A stretch of DNA of 43,847 nucleotides from Streptosporangiales bacterium (GTDB taxonomy: Bacteria; Actinomycetota; Actinomycetes; Streptosporangiales; Streptosporangiaceae): the NCBI GenBank assembly GCA_017882645.1, contig JADGPC010000021.1, forward strand, positions 1 to 43,847, in the 5' to 3' direction. The notes beneath the pieces are model-generated. The model searched no databases. It was not told the DNA's origin and saw only the letters and a list, made by a program, of their open reading frames with translations. A program made the position numbers and the translations under genes. Numbering within the stretch: the first letter of the stretch is position 1; every line of letters starts with the position of its first letter. Positions 23,367 through 31,464 of the stretch are shown piece by piece.

Positions 23367-24442
23367 CCTGGACTCCGACCGCTCGGCCCGCTCACGGCCC
23401 GGCTCGCGCAGCTGCAGCTGCGCCTGGTCACTAGCTCGGTCGGCAGCACGACCGACTTCCTCGCTGTGTCTGCAGCCGCGATCCGGCTGAGCAGCAGCCG
23501 CACCGAGCACTCGCCAAGCTCGCGCATCGGCTGGCGGACCGTGCTCAGCGCGGGCCTGGCCCGCCGGGCCGCGGCGATGTCATCGAACCCGGTTACCGCG
23601 ACATCGGCCGGGACCCGCAGCTCCGCGGCCCGCAGCGCGGTCAGCGCGCCCAGCGCCATCTCGTCGTTGCCGCAGACGATCGCGCCCGGACGCCGGCCGG
23701 TGGCGATCAGCTCCCGGACGGCCTGCTCGCCCCCTGCCTCGGTGAAGGAGCCGGTGGCCGCTGGCGCCGCGGGCTCGGGCAGGCCCGCGTCGCGCAGCGC
23801 CGCGCAGAAGCCGGCGAAGCGCTCCTCGGAGTCCGGCGAACCCGCGGGGCCGGCCAGGAAGGCCAGGTCGGTGTGGCCGTGCACGGCGATCAGGTGCGCG
23901 GTCATCGCCCGCGATCCGCCGCGGTTGTCGGCACCCACGAAATCCGGGCCGACGAAATCCGGGCCGCTGCGGGCCAGGTTGGTAGCCAGCAGGACCACTG
24001 GCACGCTGCGCGAGAGCGCGACGATGTCGTCGTCCGGCAGGCTACGGGCCAGGATGACCAGCCCGTCGACCTTGCCCGCCACGGAGAAGGCCAGGTCGCG
24101 GCCGGACGCAGTCGACGTCGCGGCGATCAGGACGGCGTCGCCGGCCGAGGTCGCCGCGCGCTCGGCGCCGCGGATCACCTGGTCGACGTAGAGCGGAGAC
24201 TCTTCCTCCGCGTCCCCGGACTGGCCGAGGTCCGGGAAGATCAGGCCGACAATCCCGGTGCGCCGTGCGGCGAGACCGCGGGCCGACCCGCTCGGCACCC
24301 AGCTCAACTCGGCCGCGGTTGCCTTGACCCGCTCGCGGGTTGCGGCGGAGAACCCGGTGCCGTCGGCCATCACCCGGGACACGGTGGCCGTGGAGACGCC
24401 GCTTCGCCTAGCGACCTCGTAGATCGTCGACCGGTCAGCCAC
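23363..24442 (-). CDS. LacI family transcriptional regulator
   Basis: Track ORF 23363..24742. The HTH STIYEVARRSGVSTATVSRVM lies at the N-terminus if the start is GTG 24442, which is preceded by GAGGGA plus a 6-nt spacer. ATG 24469 is an alternative start. The periplasmic-binding-fold body includes IVGLIFPDL, DGLVILARS, AIVCGNDEMALGAL and VTGFDDI. Confidence 0.88.
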   Translation of the reverse strand: MADRSTIYEVARRSGVSTATVSRVMADGTGFSAATRERVKATAAELSWVPSGSARGLAARRTGIVGLIFPDLGQSGDAEEESPLYVDQVIRGAERAATSAGDAVLIAATSTASGRDLAFSVAGKVDGLVILARSLPDDDIVALSRSVPVVLLATNLARSGPDFVGPDFVGADNRGGSRAMTAHLIAVHGHTDLAFLAGPAGSPDSEERFAGFCAALRDAGLPEPAAPAATGSFTEAGGEQAVRELIATGRRPGAIVCGNDEMALGALTALRAAELRVPADVAVTGFDDIAAARRARPALSTVRQPMRELGECSVRLLLSRIAAADTARKSVVLPTELVTRRSCSCASRAVSGPSGRSPG

Positions 24443-24471
24443 GGGGGGTCCCTCGAATCGAGCCGGCATCC

Positions 24472-24505
24472 AACGTAAGCGGTTACGTAGGTAACCGCTT
24501 ACGTT
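24472..24505. promoter_or_regulatory. Palindromic LacI-type operator in the lacI / lhr divergent intergenic region
   Basis: aacgtaagcggttac (24472-24486) and gtaaccgcttacgtt (24491-24505) are perfect 15-nt reverse complements separated by gtag. Each arm contains a GTAAxCGxTTAC core like LacI/GalR half-site pairs. A TANNNT-type hexamer tagtct (24561-24566) ends 6 nt before the lhr GTG. Confidence 0.65.
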
Positions 24506-24572
24506 TTCACCATTTCCGCCGCCTGTCAACGTGAACGCCGTGATTGTCGGTGCCCTGACATAGTCTGACCTG

Positions 24573-27500
24573 GTGCTTGAGTCGTTCCACCCGGCCGTGC
24601 GGACTTGGTTCGCCCGGCGGTTCCCCGCCGGGCCGACCGAGCCGCAGGCTGCGGGCTGGGCCGAGATCGCGGCGGGTAGGCACACGCTGATCGCCGCGCC
24701 GACCGGGTCGGGCAAGACCCTCGCCGCCTTCCTGGTCTGCATCGACCGGATCTACCGCGCGCACGAGGCGACGGCGCTTGCTGAGCCAGTTCCGGCGGAA
24801 GGGCCACAGGTCGTCTACGTCTCGCCGCTGAAGGCGCTGGCGGTGGACATCTGGCAGAACCTGGAACGGCCACTGGCCGAGATCGCCGACGTCGCCGCCG
24901 AGCTCGGGCTACCCGCCCCCGCGATCAGGGTCGCGGTGCGGACCGGCGACACGGCGGCCGCCGAGCGGGCGGCCATGCTGAAGCGACCGCCGGACTTCCT
25001 GATCACGACGCCCGAGTCGCTGTTCCTGCTGCTCACGGCGGAACGCAGCCGGGCGATGCTGACCGCGGCCCGCACGGTGATCGTGGACGAGATCCACGCC
25101 GTGGCCGGGAACAAGCGAGGCTCCCATCTGACCCTGACGTTGGAGCGGCTCGCGCACGTCGCCGGCCAGCCGGTGCAGCGGATCGGGCTGTCGGCCACCC
25201 AGCGTCCGATCGATGCCGTGGCCAGGCTCCTGATCGGAGCGGGCGACGACCGGTCGGAAGCGGATGGCTCGCCGCGCTGCTCGATCGTGGACGCTGGCCA
25301 CCGCCGCGAGCTCGACCTCGGCCTTGACCTGCCCGGCGACGAGCTCGGCGCCGTCGCGTCGGCCGAGCAGATGGCCGAGATCCATGACCTGATCGCGGGG
25401 CACGTCACCAGGCACCGCACGACGCTGGTGTTCGTCAACACCCGGCGGATGGCCGAGCGAGTCGCGCACGAGCTAGGCGAGCGGCTTGGCGACGGCCAGG
25501 TCGCCGCGCACCACGGCAGCCTGTCCAGGGACCGCAGACAGCGGGTCGAGGCCCGGCTGCGCAGCGGTGACCTGCGTGCCCTGGTCGCCACGGCCAGTCT
25601 CGAGCTCGGCATCGATATCGGGCCGGTCGAGCTGGTCTGCCAGATCGGGTCCCCGCGCAGCTTCGCGACCTTCCTGCAGCGGGTCGGCCGGTCCAACCAC
25701 ACCACCAGCGGTGTTCCCGCCGGACGGCTCTACCCCACGACCAGGGACGAGCTTGTCGAGTGCGCCGCGCTGCTCCGCGGCGCCCGGGCGGGACGGCTGG
25801 ACGCGCTCGTCATCCCCTCCTGCCCGCTCGACATCCTGGCCCAGCAGATCGTCGCTGAGTGCTCGGCCGCTGACTGGGAGCAAGACGAGCTGCTCGCACT
25901 GGTCCGCGGCGCGGCGCCGTTCTCGTCCGTGTCGGAGCAGGACTTCGAGGACGTCACCGAGCTCGTCAGCGACGGAATCCGCACCGGCCGCGGCCGCCGT
26001 GCCGCCTACGTGCACCGGGACCAGGTCAACGGGCGGCTGCGGGGCCGGCGGGGGGCCCGGCTCGCCGCGCTCACGTCCGGCGGTGCCATCCCCGAGCTCG
26101 GCGATTTCCGGGTGCTGGCCGAGCCGGACAACGTCCTGGTCGGCACGGTCAACGAGGACTGGGCGATCGAGAGCATGGCCGGGGATGTGTTCCTGCTCGG
26201 AACGACCTCGTGGCGGATCAGGCGGGTCGAGCCGGGCGTCGTCCGGGTCGAGGACGCGCACGGCGCGCCGCCCTCGGTGCCGTTCTGGCTCGGCGAGGCA
26301 CCCGGCCGTACCGTCGAGCTGTCCGAGGAAGTCTGCTCGCTCAGGTCGGCGATTGCCGCCGAGCTGGCGGCAGGCGGGCCGGAGCAGGCCGTCGGCTGGC
26401 TGATGACCGCCTGCGGGATCGGCCAGGCCGCCGCTGAGACGATCGCGGCCTACCTCAGCGTCGCGCTGACGCAGCTCGGGGTCCTGCCCACGATGGACAC
26501 CATCGTGCTCGAGCGGTTCTTCGACGAGGCCGGCGGGATGCAGCTGGTCGGGCACGCCCCGTTCGGCGCCCGGCTCAACCGCGCGCTCGGCCTCGCGCTG
26601 CGCAAGCGGTTCTGCGTGACGTTCGATTTCGAGCTGCAGGCTGCGGCCAGCGACGACGCGATCCTGCTGTCGCTCGGGCCGCAGCACAGCTTCCCGCTGG
26701 AGCGAGTGCCGAAATTTCTTGCCTCGCGGACCGTCGAGGAGGTCGTCCGCCAGGCGGTCCTCACCTCGCCGCTGTTCGCCGCCCGCTGGCGGTGGAACCT
26801 CAATACCTCGCTGGCCGTGCTCCGGATGCGGGGCGGGAAGAAGAACCCGCCGGCGATCCAGCGGATGGAGGCCGATGACCTGATGGCGGCGGTGTTCCCG
26901 ACTCTGGCCGCCTGCCAGGAGAACGTCGCGCCGGGCCCGATGGAGATCCCCGATCACGTGCTTGTCCGGCAGACGCTCGCGGACTGCCTGCACGAGGCGA
27001 TGGACATCACCGGGCTGCGGGAGCTGGTCGCCGGCATCGAGGCCGGCCGGGTCAGCGTGATCGTCAGGGACACCACGGAGCCGTCCGTGCTGGCGCACGA
27101 GATCCTCAACGGGCGCCCCTTCACCTATCTGGATGATGCGCCCCTGGAAGAGCGCCGGAGCAGGGCGGTGCCGCTGCGGCGCGGTCTGCCCGTCGAGCCG
27201 CACGAGCTTGCCCGGCTCGACCCGGCCGCGATCGCGCGGGTCGCCGAGCAGGTCAGTCCCGACCCGCGCGATCCCGACGAGCTGCACGACGTGCTCGCGA
27301 ACCTGATCGCAGTGCGCCCGGTGCCAGCCTGGGAACCCTGGTTCGCCGCGCTGGTCAGCGCCGGCCGGGCCGTCGAGGTCCGCGCGGCCGCTGCGCTGCT
27401 GTGGTCGGCGGTCGAGCGGCGGCCCGCGATCGAGGCGCTGTTTCCCGGCGCGGCGATCGAACCCGGACACCGCAGCCCGGTGCCGACCAGCCCAGTGCCG

Positions 27501-28853
27501 GCCGGCCCGGTCGACGAGGACGCAGCGGCCACGGCCCTGCTCCGCGGCCACCTGGAATGCCGGGGCCCGTCGACGGTCGCGGCGCTGGCCGAGGCGACCG
27601 GACTGGCTGGCACGCTGATCGTGCGCGGGCTCGCGGCGCTCGAGCAGGAAGGCTTCGCGATCAGCGGGCGCTTCACCGCACCCGACGCCGATGAGGAGTA
27701 CTGCGCCAGGCGCCTGCTGTCCCGGATTCACCTCTACTCGAGGGAGCGGCGACGGCGCGAGATCGAGCCGGTGACCGCGCGGGACTTCGTCAGGTTCCTG
27801 CTCCGCTGGCAGCACGTCACGCCAGCCAGCAAGCGCGAGGGCAGGTTCGGCGTCCTGGCCGTCGTCGAGCAGCTGCAAGGATTCGAGCTGGCCGCCGGGG
27901 CCTGGGAACAGTCCGTGCTGACGGCGCGGGTCGATGGCTACCGCCGTGAGTGGCTCGACGAGCTCTGCCTGTCGGGGCAGGTGTCCTGGGGACGGCTGTC
28001 GGTCCGCGACGCGGAACCTGACAGCGACCGGATGCCGTCCCGCGCCACCCCGATCACGCTGGCGCTGCGCGACGACCTGCCGTGGCTGCTGCGCGCGGCC
28101 CGCGGCGACCTGACCCCGGCGGAACCCGGCTCGCCCGGCACCCGCGCGGTCCTCGAAGCGCTGCGGCAGCGCGGCGCGCTCTTCCGGCCCGATCTCACCA
28201 CGCTGACCGGCCGGCTGCCCGACGAGATCACTGAGGCGCTGTGGGACGGCGTAGCGCGCGGGCTGATCACCGCCGACGGCTTCCGCGCGATCCGGTCCCT
28301 GCTGGGCCGTCGACTCCGGCAGCGGTCGTCGCAGTCCCGGGGACTCCGGCGCGGCCTGCGCGGCACTGCCGGCGGCTCAGCGGGGCGGTGGTCCCTGCTT
28401 CCGGCACCGGTCACCGACGGTGACCCGGACGAACTGGCCGAGGCCGTGGCGGAGCAGCTTGCCGCCCGCTGGGGTGTGGTCTTCCGCGACCTGGTGGTCA
28501 GGGAGAACCTAGCCGTGTCCTGGCGGGAACTGCTGTGGGCGTTCCGGCGGATGGAGGCCAGGGGGACGATTCGCGGCGGCCGGTTCGTGACCGGGTTCAG
28601 CGGCGAGCAGTTCGCCCGCCCCGACGCCGTGGATCTGCTCCGCTCGGTCCGCAAGCAGCCGCGCACCGGCGAGCCCGTCCAGATCTCGGCCGCGGACCCG
28701 CTCAATCTCACCGGCATCGTGCTGCCCGGCCCGCGGATCCCCGCCATCTCCGCCAATACCGTCACCTACATCGACGGAGCCGTCGCCGGTACGGATCCAG
28801 CGACGGACCCGGCCGCGGCCGGCGCTGCCGTGGCCGTCGCTGCCACAGCCTAG
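24573..28853 (+). CDS. lhr: ATP-dependent helicase Lhr (large helicase-related, superfamily 2)
   Basis: 1426-aa ORF. The N-terminus is VRTWFARRFPAGPTEPQ..AAPTGSGKTLAAF (motif I). Also present: VIVDEIHAV (DExH), LSATQRP, FVNTRRMAE, HHGSLSRDRR and QRVGRSNH (motif VI). A long Lhr-specific C-terminal extension follows. Confidence 0.92.
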   Translation: MLESFHPAVRTWFARRFPAGPTEPQAAGWAEIAAGRHTLIAAPTGSGKTLAAFLVCIDRIYRAHEATALAEPVPAEGPQVVYVSPLKALAVDIWQNLERPLAEIADVAAELGLPAPAIRVAVRTGDTAAAERAAMLKRPPDFLITTPESLFLLLTAERSRAMLTAARTVIVDEIHAVAGNKRGSHLTLTLERLAHVAGQPVQRIGLSATQRPIDAVARLLIGAGDDRSEADGSPRCSIVDAGHRRELDLGLDLPGDELGAVASAEQMAEIHDLIAGHVTRHRTTLVFVNTRRMAERVAHELGERLGDGQVAAHHGSLSRDRRQRVEARLRSGDLRALVATASLELGIDIGPVELVCQIGSPRSFATFLQRVGRSNHTTSGVPAGRLYPTTRDELVECAALLRGARAGRLDALVIPSCPLDILAQQIVAECSAADWEQDELLALVRGAAPFSSVSEQDFEDVTELVSDGIRTGRGRRAAYVHRDQVNGRLRGRRGARLAALTSGGAIPELGDFRVLAEPDNVLVGTVNEDWAIESMAGDVFLLGTTSWRIRRVEPGVVRVEDAHGAPPSVPFWLGEAPGRTVELSEEVCSLRSAIAAELAAGGPEQAVGWLMTACGIGQAAAETIAAYLSVALTQLGVLPTMDTIVLERFFDEAGGMQLVGHAPFGARLNRALGLALRKRFCVTFDFELQAAASDDAILLSLGPQHSFPLERVPKFLASRTVEEVVRQAVLTSPLFAARWRWNLNTSLAVLRMRGGKKNPPAIQRMEADDLMAAVFPTLAACQENVAPGPMEIPDHVLVRQTLADCLHEAMDITGLRELVAGIEAGRVSVIVRDTTEPSVLAHEILNGRPFTYLDDAPLEERRSRAVPLRRGLPVEPHELARLDPAAIARVAEQVSPDPRDPDELHDVLANLIAVRPVPAWEPWFAALVSAGRAVEVRAAAALLWSAVERRPAIEALFPGAAIEPGHRSPVPTSPVPAGPVDEDAAATALLRGHLECRGPSTVAALAEATGLAGTLIVRGLAALEQEGFAISGRFTAPDADEEYCARRLLSRIHLYSRERRRREIEPVTARDFVRFLLRWQHVTPASKREGRFGVLAVVEQLQGFELAAGAWEQSVLTARVDGYRREWLDELCLSGQVSWGRLSVRDAEPDSDRMPSRATPITLALRDDLPWLLRAARGDLTPAEPGSPGTRAVLEALRQRGALFRPDLTTLTGRLPDEITEALWDGVARGLITADGFRAIRSLLGRRLRQRSSQSRGLRRGLRGTAGGSAGRWSLLPAPVTDGDPDELAEAVAEQLAARWGVVFRDLVVRENLAVSWRELLWAFRRMEARGTIRGGRFVTGFSGEQFARPDAVDLLRSVRKQPRTGEPVQISAADPLNLTGIVLPGPRIPAISANTVTYIDGAVAGTDPATDPAAAGAAVAVAATA

Positions 28854-29278
28854 GCCGGACCGGGCGGCCCGCTGGTTCCGCCGCCGCTGGCCGGCAGTGT
28901 GGCCGTGACGGAGTCGACGATGCCGGATGCCAGGTAGACGATCCAGTTGTCGTCCAGGATGCGCACGTGGCTGGCCGGGTCAACGAGGATGTCGTGCTGG
29001 CCGAGGAGCTTGCTGGTGACCGGGTCGAAGATCAGCTCGTACCGGTACCTCAGCTCGAACGCGTTGACGCTGCAGCCGAGGACGGCAGCCGCGTCGGCGT
29101 GGCTGAGGTCGTCCCACAGGACGAGCCGAAGTGCCTCCCGATCTGCTGGCCGGAGCCTGTCCATCGCGGCCAGGAACCGGCGCCACGCCACCGCGAACAC
29201 ATGAGCGATGACGTCGCCGGCCTCGTGCTCGGCCACGCGGCGCTGGACGTAGCCGGCGATCTCTTGATACCTGGCCAT
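28850..29278 (-). pseudogene. Collapsed ECF sigma-factor locus: sigma region 2/4 remnant fused to the C-terminal tail of an associated protein
   Basis: 142-aa ORF. AGDVIAHVFAVAWRRF (region-2-like) runs straight into REALRLVLWDDLSHADAAAVLGCSVNAFELRY (region-4 HTH). The intervening regions are missing. It continues into ELIFDPVTSKLLGQHDILVDP...WIVYLASGIVDS, which resembles the C-terminus of the CU044_5270-type proteins that follow such sigma genes. Confidence 0.45.
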
Positions 29279-29660
29279 GTCAGATCCGTCACCGCCCGGT
29301 ACCAGACCCAGACTCGCAGAGGATCGCCCTCAGAACTCCGCAGGCCGGCCGAATCCGGCCGTGATCCACGTGTCTCGGGTCGACGAATTGTCGGCGGCCC
29401 GTGGTACTATACGAATGATTGTTCGAGAGAGATGGCGTGACCGGGGCCGCAGGAGACGGAGCGGCCAGGCAGTCCGGTAGTTGGTGGTCCCCTTCAGGGG
29501 AGTTCCGCCCCGGCCACGGCCCTCCGCAGGCATGATCCCCCGCCTTTCCCTGATGTGAATTCTTCCGCAACGAAAGCGCGCCCGCGAATGGCGGGCACAA
29601 TGGCCGATCCGGGCTACTCCGCACTGTGCTGCCGCCGACGCCGCTCCCGCTCTCGCTCGG

Positions 29661-29684
29661 CCTGATCCCCTGATCCCCTGATCC
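29661..29684 (+). repeat. 3 x 8-nt tandem repeat (cctgatcc)
   Basis: cctgatcc occurs at 29661-29668, 29669-29676 and 29677-29684. The array is intergenic, upstream of the DUF222-HNH element. Confidence 0.85.
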
Positions 29685-29769
29685 CGCTGCCCGCATAGCC
29701 CGATCCTCGTGTGCCGCCCGATCCTGGTGCGGCTCGACCTGGCTGCCGACCCCTTCCGAGGAGGTGCGC

Positions 29770-31355
29770 ATGTGCGTTCCCGGCCAGTCCGCCGCCCCCG
29801 GCGCGCCTGCCCCGGCGCCGGCGAGCACGCGGCAGGCGCTTGCCGCACTGCACGGCGCGCTGGCCTATCTGGCCACAGCGGACGCGACCGCGCTGACAAC
29901 CGCCGAGCAGGCGGACTGCCTGCGCATCCTCGAGCGCGCCGAATCGGTCAGGACCGCCGCCCACGCCACGGTCCTGACTGCGTTCAACGCCGGCTGCGGA
30001 TACGAGGACGACGGCCACGGCTCGGCCAGGTCCTGGCTGCGCTGGCGGACCCGGGTCACCGGTCCGGCCGCCGCCGCCGCGATAGCCTGGACCCGCCGCC
30101 TTGCCGCCCACCCCGCCGTCGCCGACGCCCTCGCCGCCGCTGGCATCTCCGCCGCTGGCATCTCCGCCGCTGGCATCTCCGCCTCGTGGGCCCGGCAGAT
30201 CTGCGACTGGACCGACCTGCTCCCGCCGGCCGCCCGCCCCGATGCCGACACCATCCTGCTCGCGGCGGCCGCCGCCGGCGCCGAGCTTGCCGACCTCGCC
30301 GGGCTGGCCGATGAATTGCGCAGCCGCACTGCCGCGCCCGACGAAGACGGCGATGATGACGGATCCGGCCGGTCGGTCCGCCTGGACCTGCACTACCGCG
30401 GCCACGGGCACCTCCGCGGCGACCTCACCCCCCGCTGCGCCGCCGCGCTGCGAGGAATCCTCGACGCCCTCGGCAAGAAGGCCGGCCCCGAGGACACCCG
30501 CACCAAGCCGCAGCGCGACCACGACGCGCTCGAAGAAGCCGGCCGCCGCCTGATCGCCGCCGACACCCTGCCCGACCGGGCCGGACAGCCCACCCGGATC
30601 CAGCTCCACATGAGTCTCGATGACTTTCTCAACCCGCCGCCCGGCACCGCACCCGGCCACGGCAGCGGCGGCCAGCCGGGCGGCACGCCCGGCGACGGCA
30701 GCAAGCGGGAGTACCTGGCCCGGGTCCTGGGCCTGCGGCCTTTCAACCTCACCGGGCCCGCCCCGGCCGGCTGGGCCGGACCCGGACCGCACGCCACGCC
30801 AGGCGACCTGTGCGACGCCACCATCACCCCCGTCGTCACCGGCCACGCCGACCACGAACTTCTCGACCGGCTCGCCGCCGAGCTCCTCGGGCACGTCAGC
30901 CCGAGCGGCGAGCAGGGGCGCCTCGGTCCGGCCTACGCCCGCGAGCTGATCCTCCGCAACGCCATCGCCCTGCTCTCCGGGCCTGCCGGACTCGCATCCC
31001 GCCTCCGCGCGACCCGCCTCACCGGGCCCGCCGCCTCCGTCAGCCTCCCCCTCGACGTCGGCACCGCGACCGACACCATCCCCCCGCACCTGCGCCGCGC
31101 CGTCATCCTCCGCGACACCCACTGCGCCTTCCCGGGCTGTGACCAGCCGCCCGCCGCCTGCCAGGTGCACCACATCGTCCCCCGCAGCCAAGGCGGCCCG
31201 ACCAGCCTGAACAACCTGCTGCTGACCTGCACCTTCCACCACCTCATCGTCATCCACCAATGGGGCTGGTTCTCAGCGCAGACGGCACCACGACAGCCGT
31301 CAGCCCCAACCGGACCCGCACCCTCCGCAGCCACGGACCTCCCAGCGCGGCCTAG
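29770..31355 (+). pseudogene. DUF222 / HNH endonuclease (REP13E12-like repeat family), frameshifted near the 3' end
   Basis: ATG 29770 lies 5 nt after GAGGAGG. The DUF222-type N-terminus is ALAYLATADATALTTAEQADCLRILERAESV..GHGSARSWLRWRTRVT. The HNH core is LRDTHCAFPGCDQPPAACQVHHIVPRSQGGPTSLNNLLLTCTFHHLIVIHQWGW. After WGW (about 31268) the family-typical tail VLSADGTTTAVSPNRTRTLRSHGPPSAA* is readable only in the +2 frame and ends at TAG 31353-31355. Confidence 0.8.
30136..30180 (+). repeat. 3 x 15-nt perfect tandem repeat inside the DUF222-HNH gene, encoding (AAGIS)3
   Basis: gccgctggcatctcc is repeated exactly three times: 30136-30150, 30151-30165 and 30166-30180. Confidence 0.95.
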
Positions 31356-31464
31356 GTCCCTGGGCCGGGCGGTGATCCGGCCAGGAACCCGGACCGGGCA
31401 ATGGCTCGCCGGCTCTTTCGTGTTACCGGCGGGTAGAACGGGGCACGTCCTCAGGGACAACCAC

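Noticed and set aside
25473-27878. 801-aa reverse ORF antisense to lhr. Likewise 2864..4105 is antisense to rho, 29614..31260 is antisense to the HNH element, and 32374..33261 is antisense to the ACAD.
   Set aside because: The opposite strand carries unmistakable helicase, Rho, HNH and ACAD motifs. The antisense products are Arg/Gly/Pro-rich and low in complexity.
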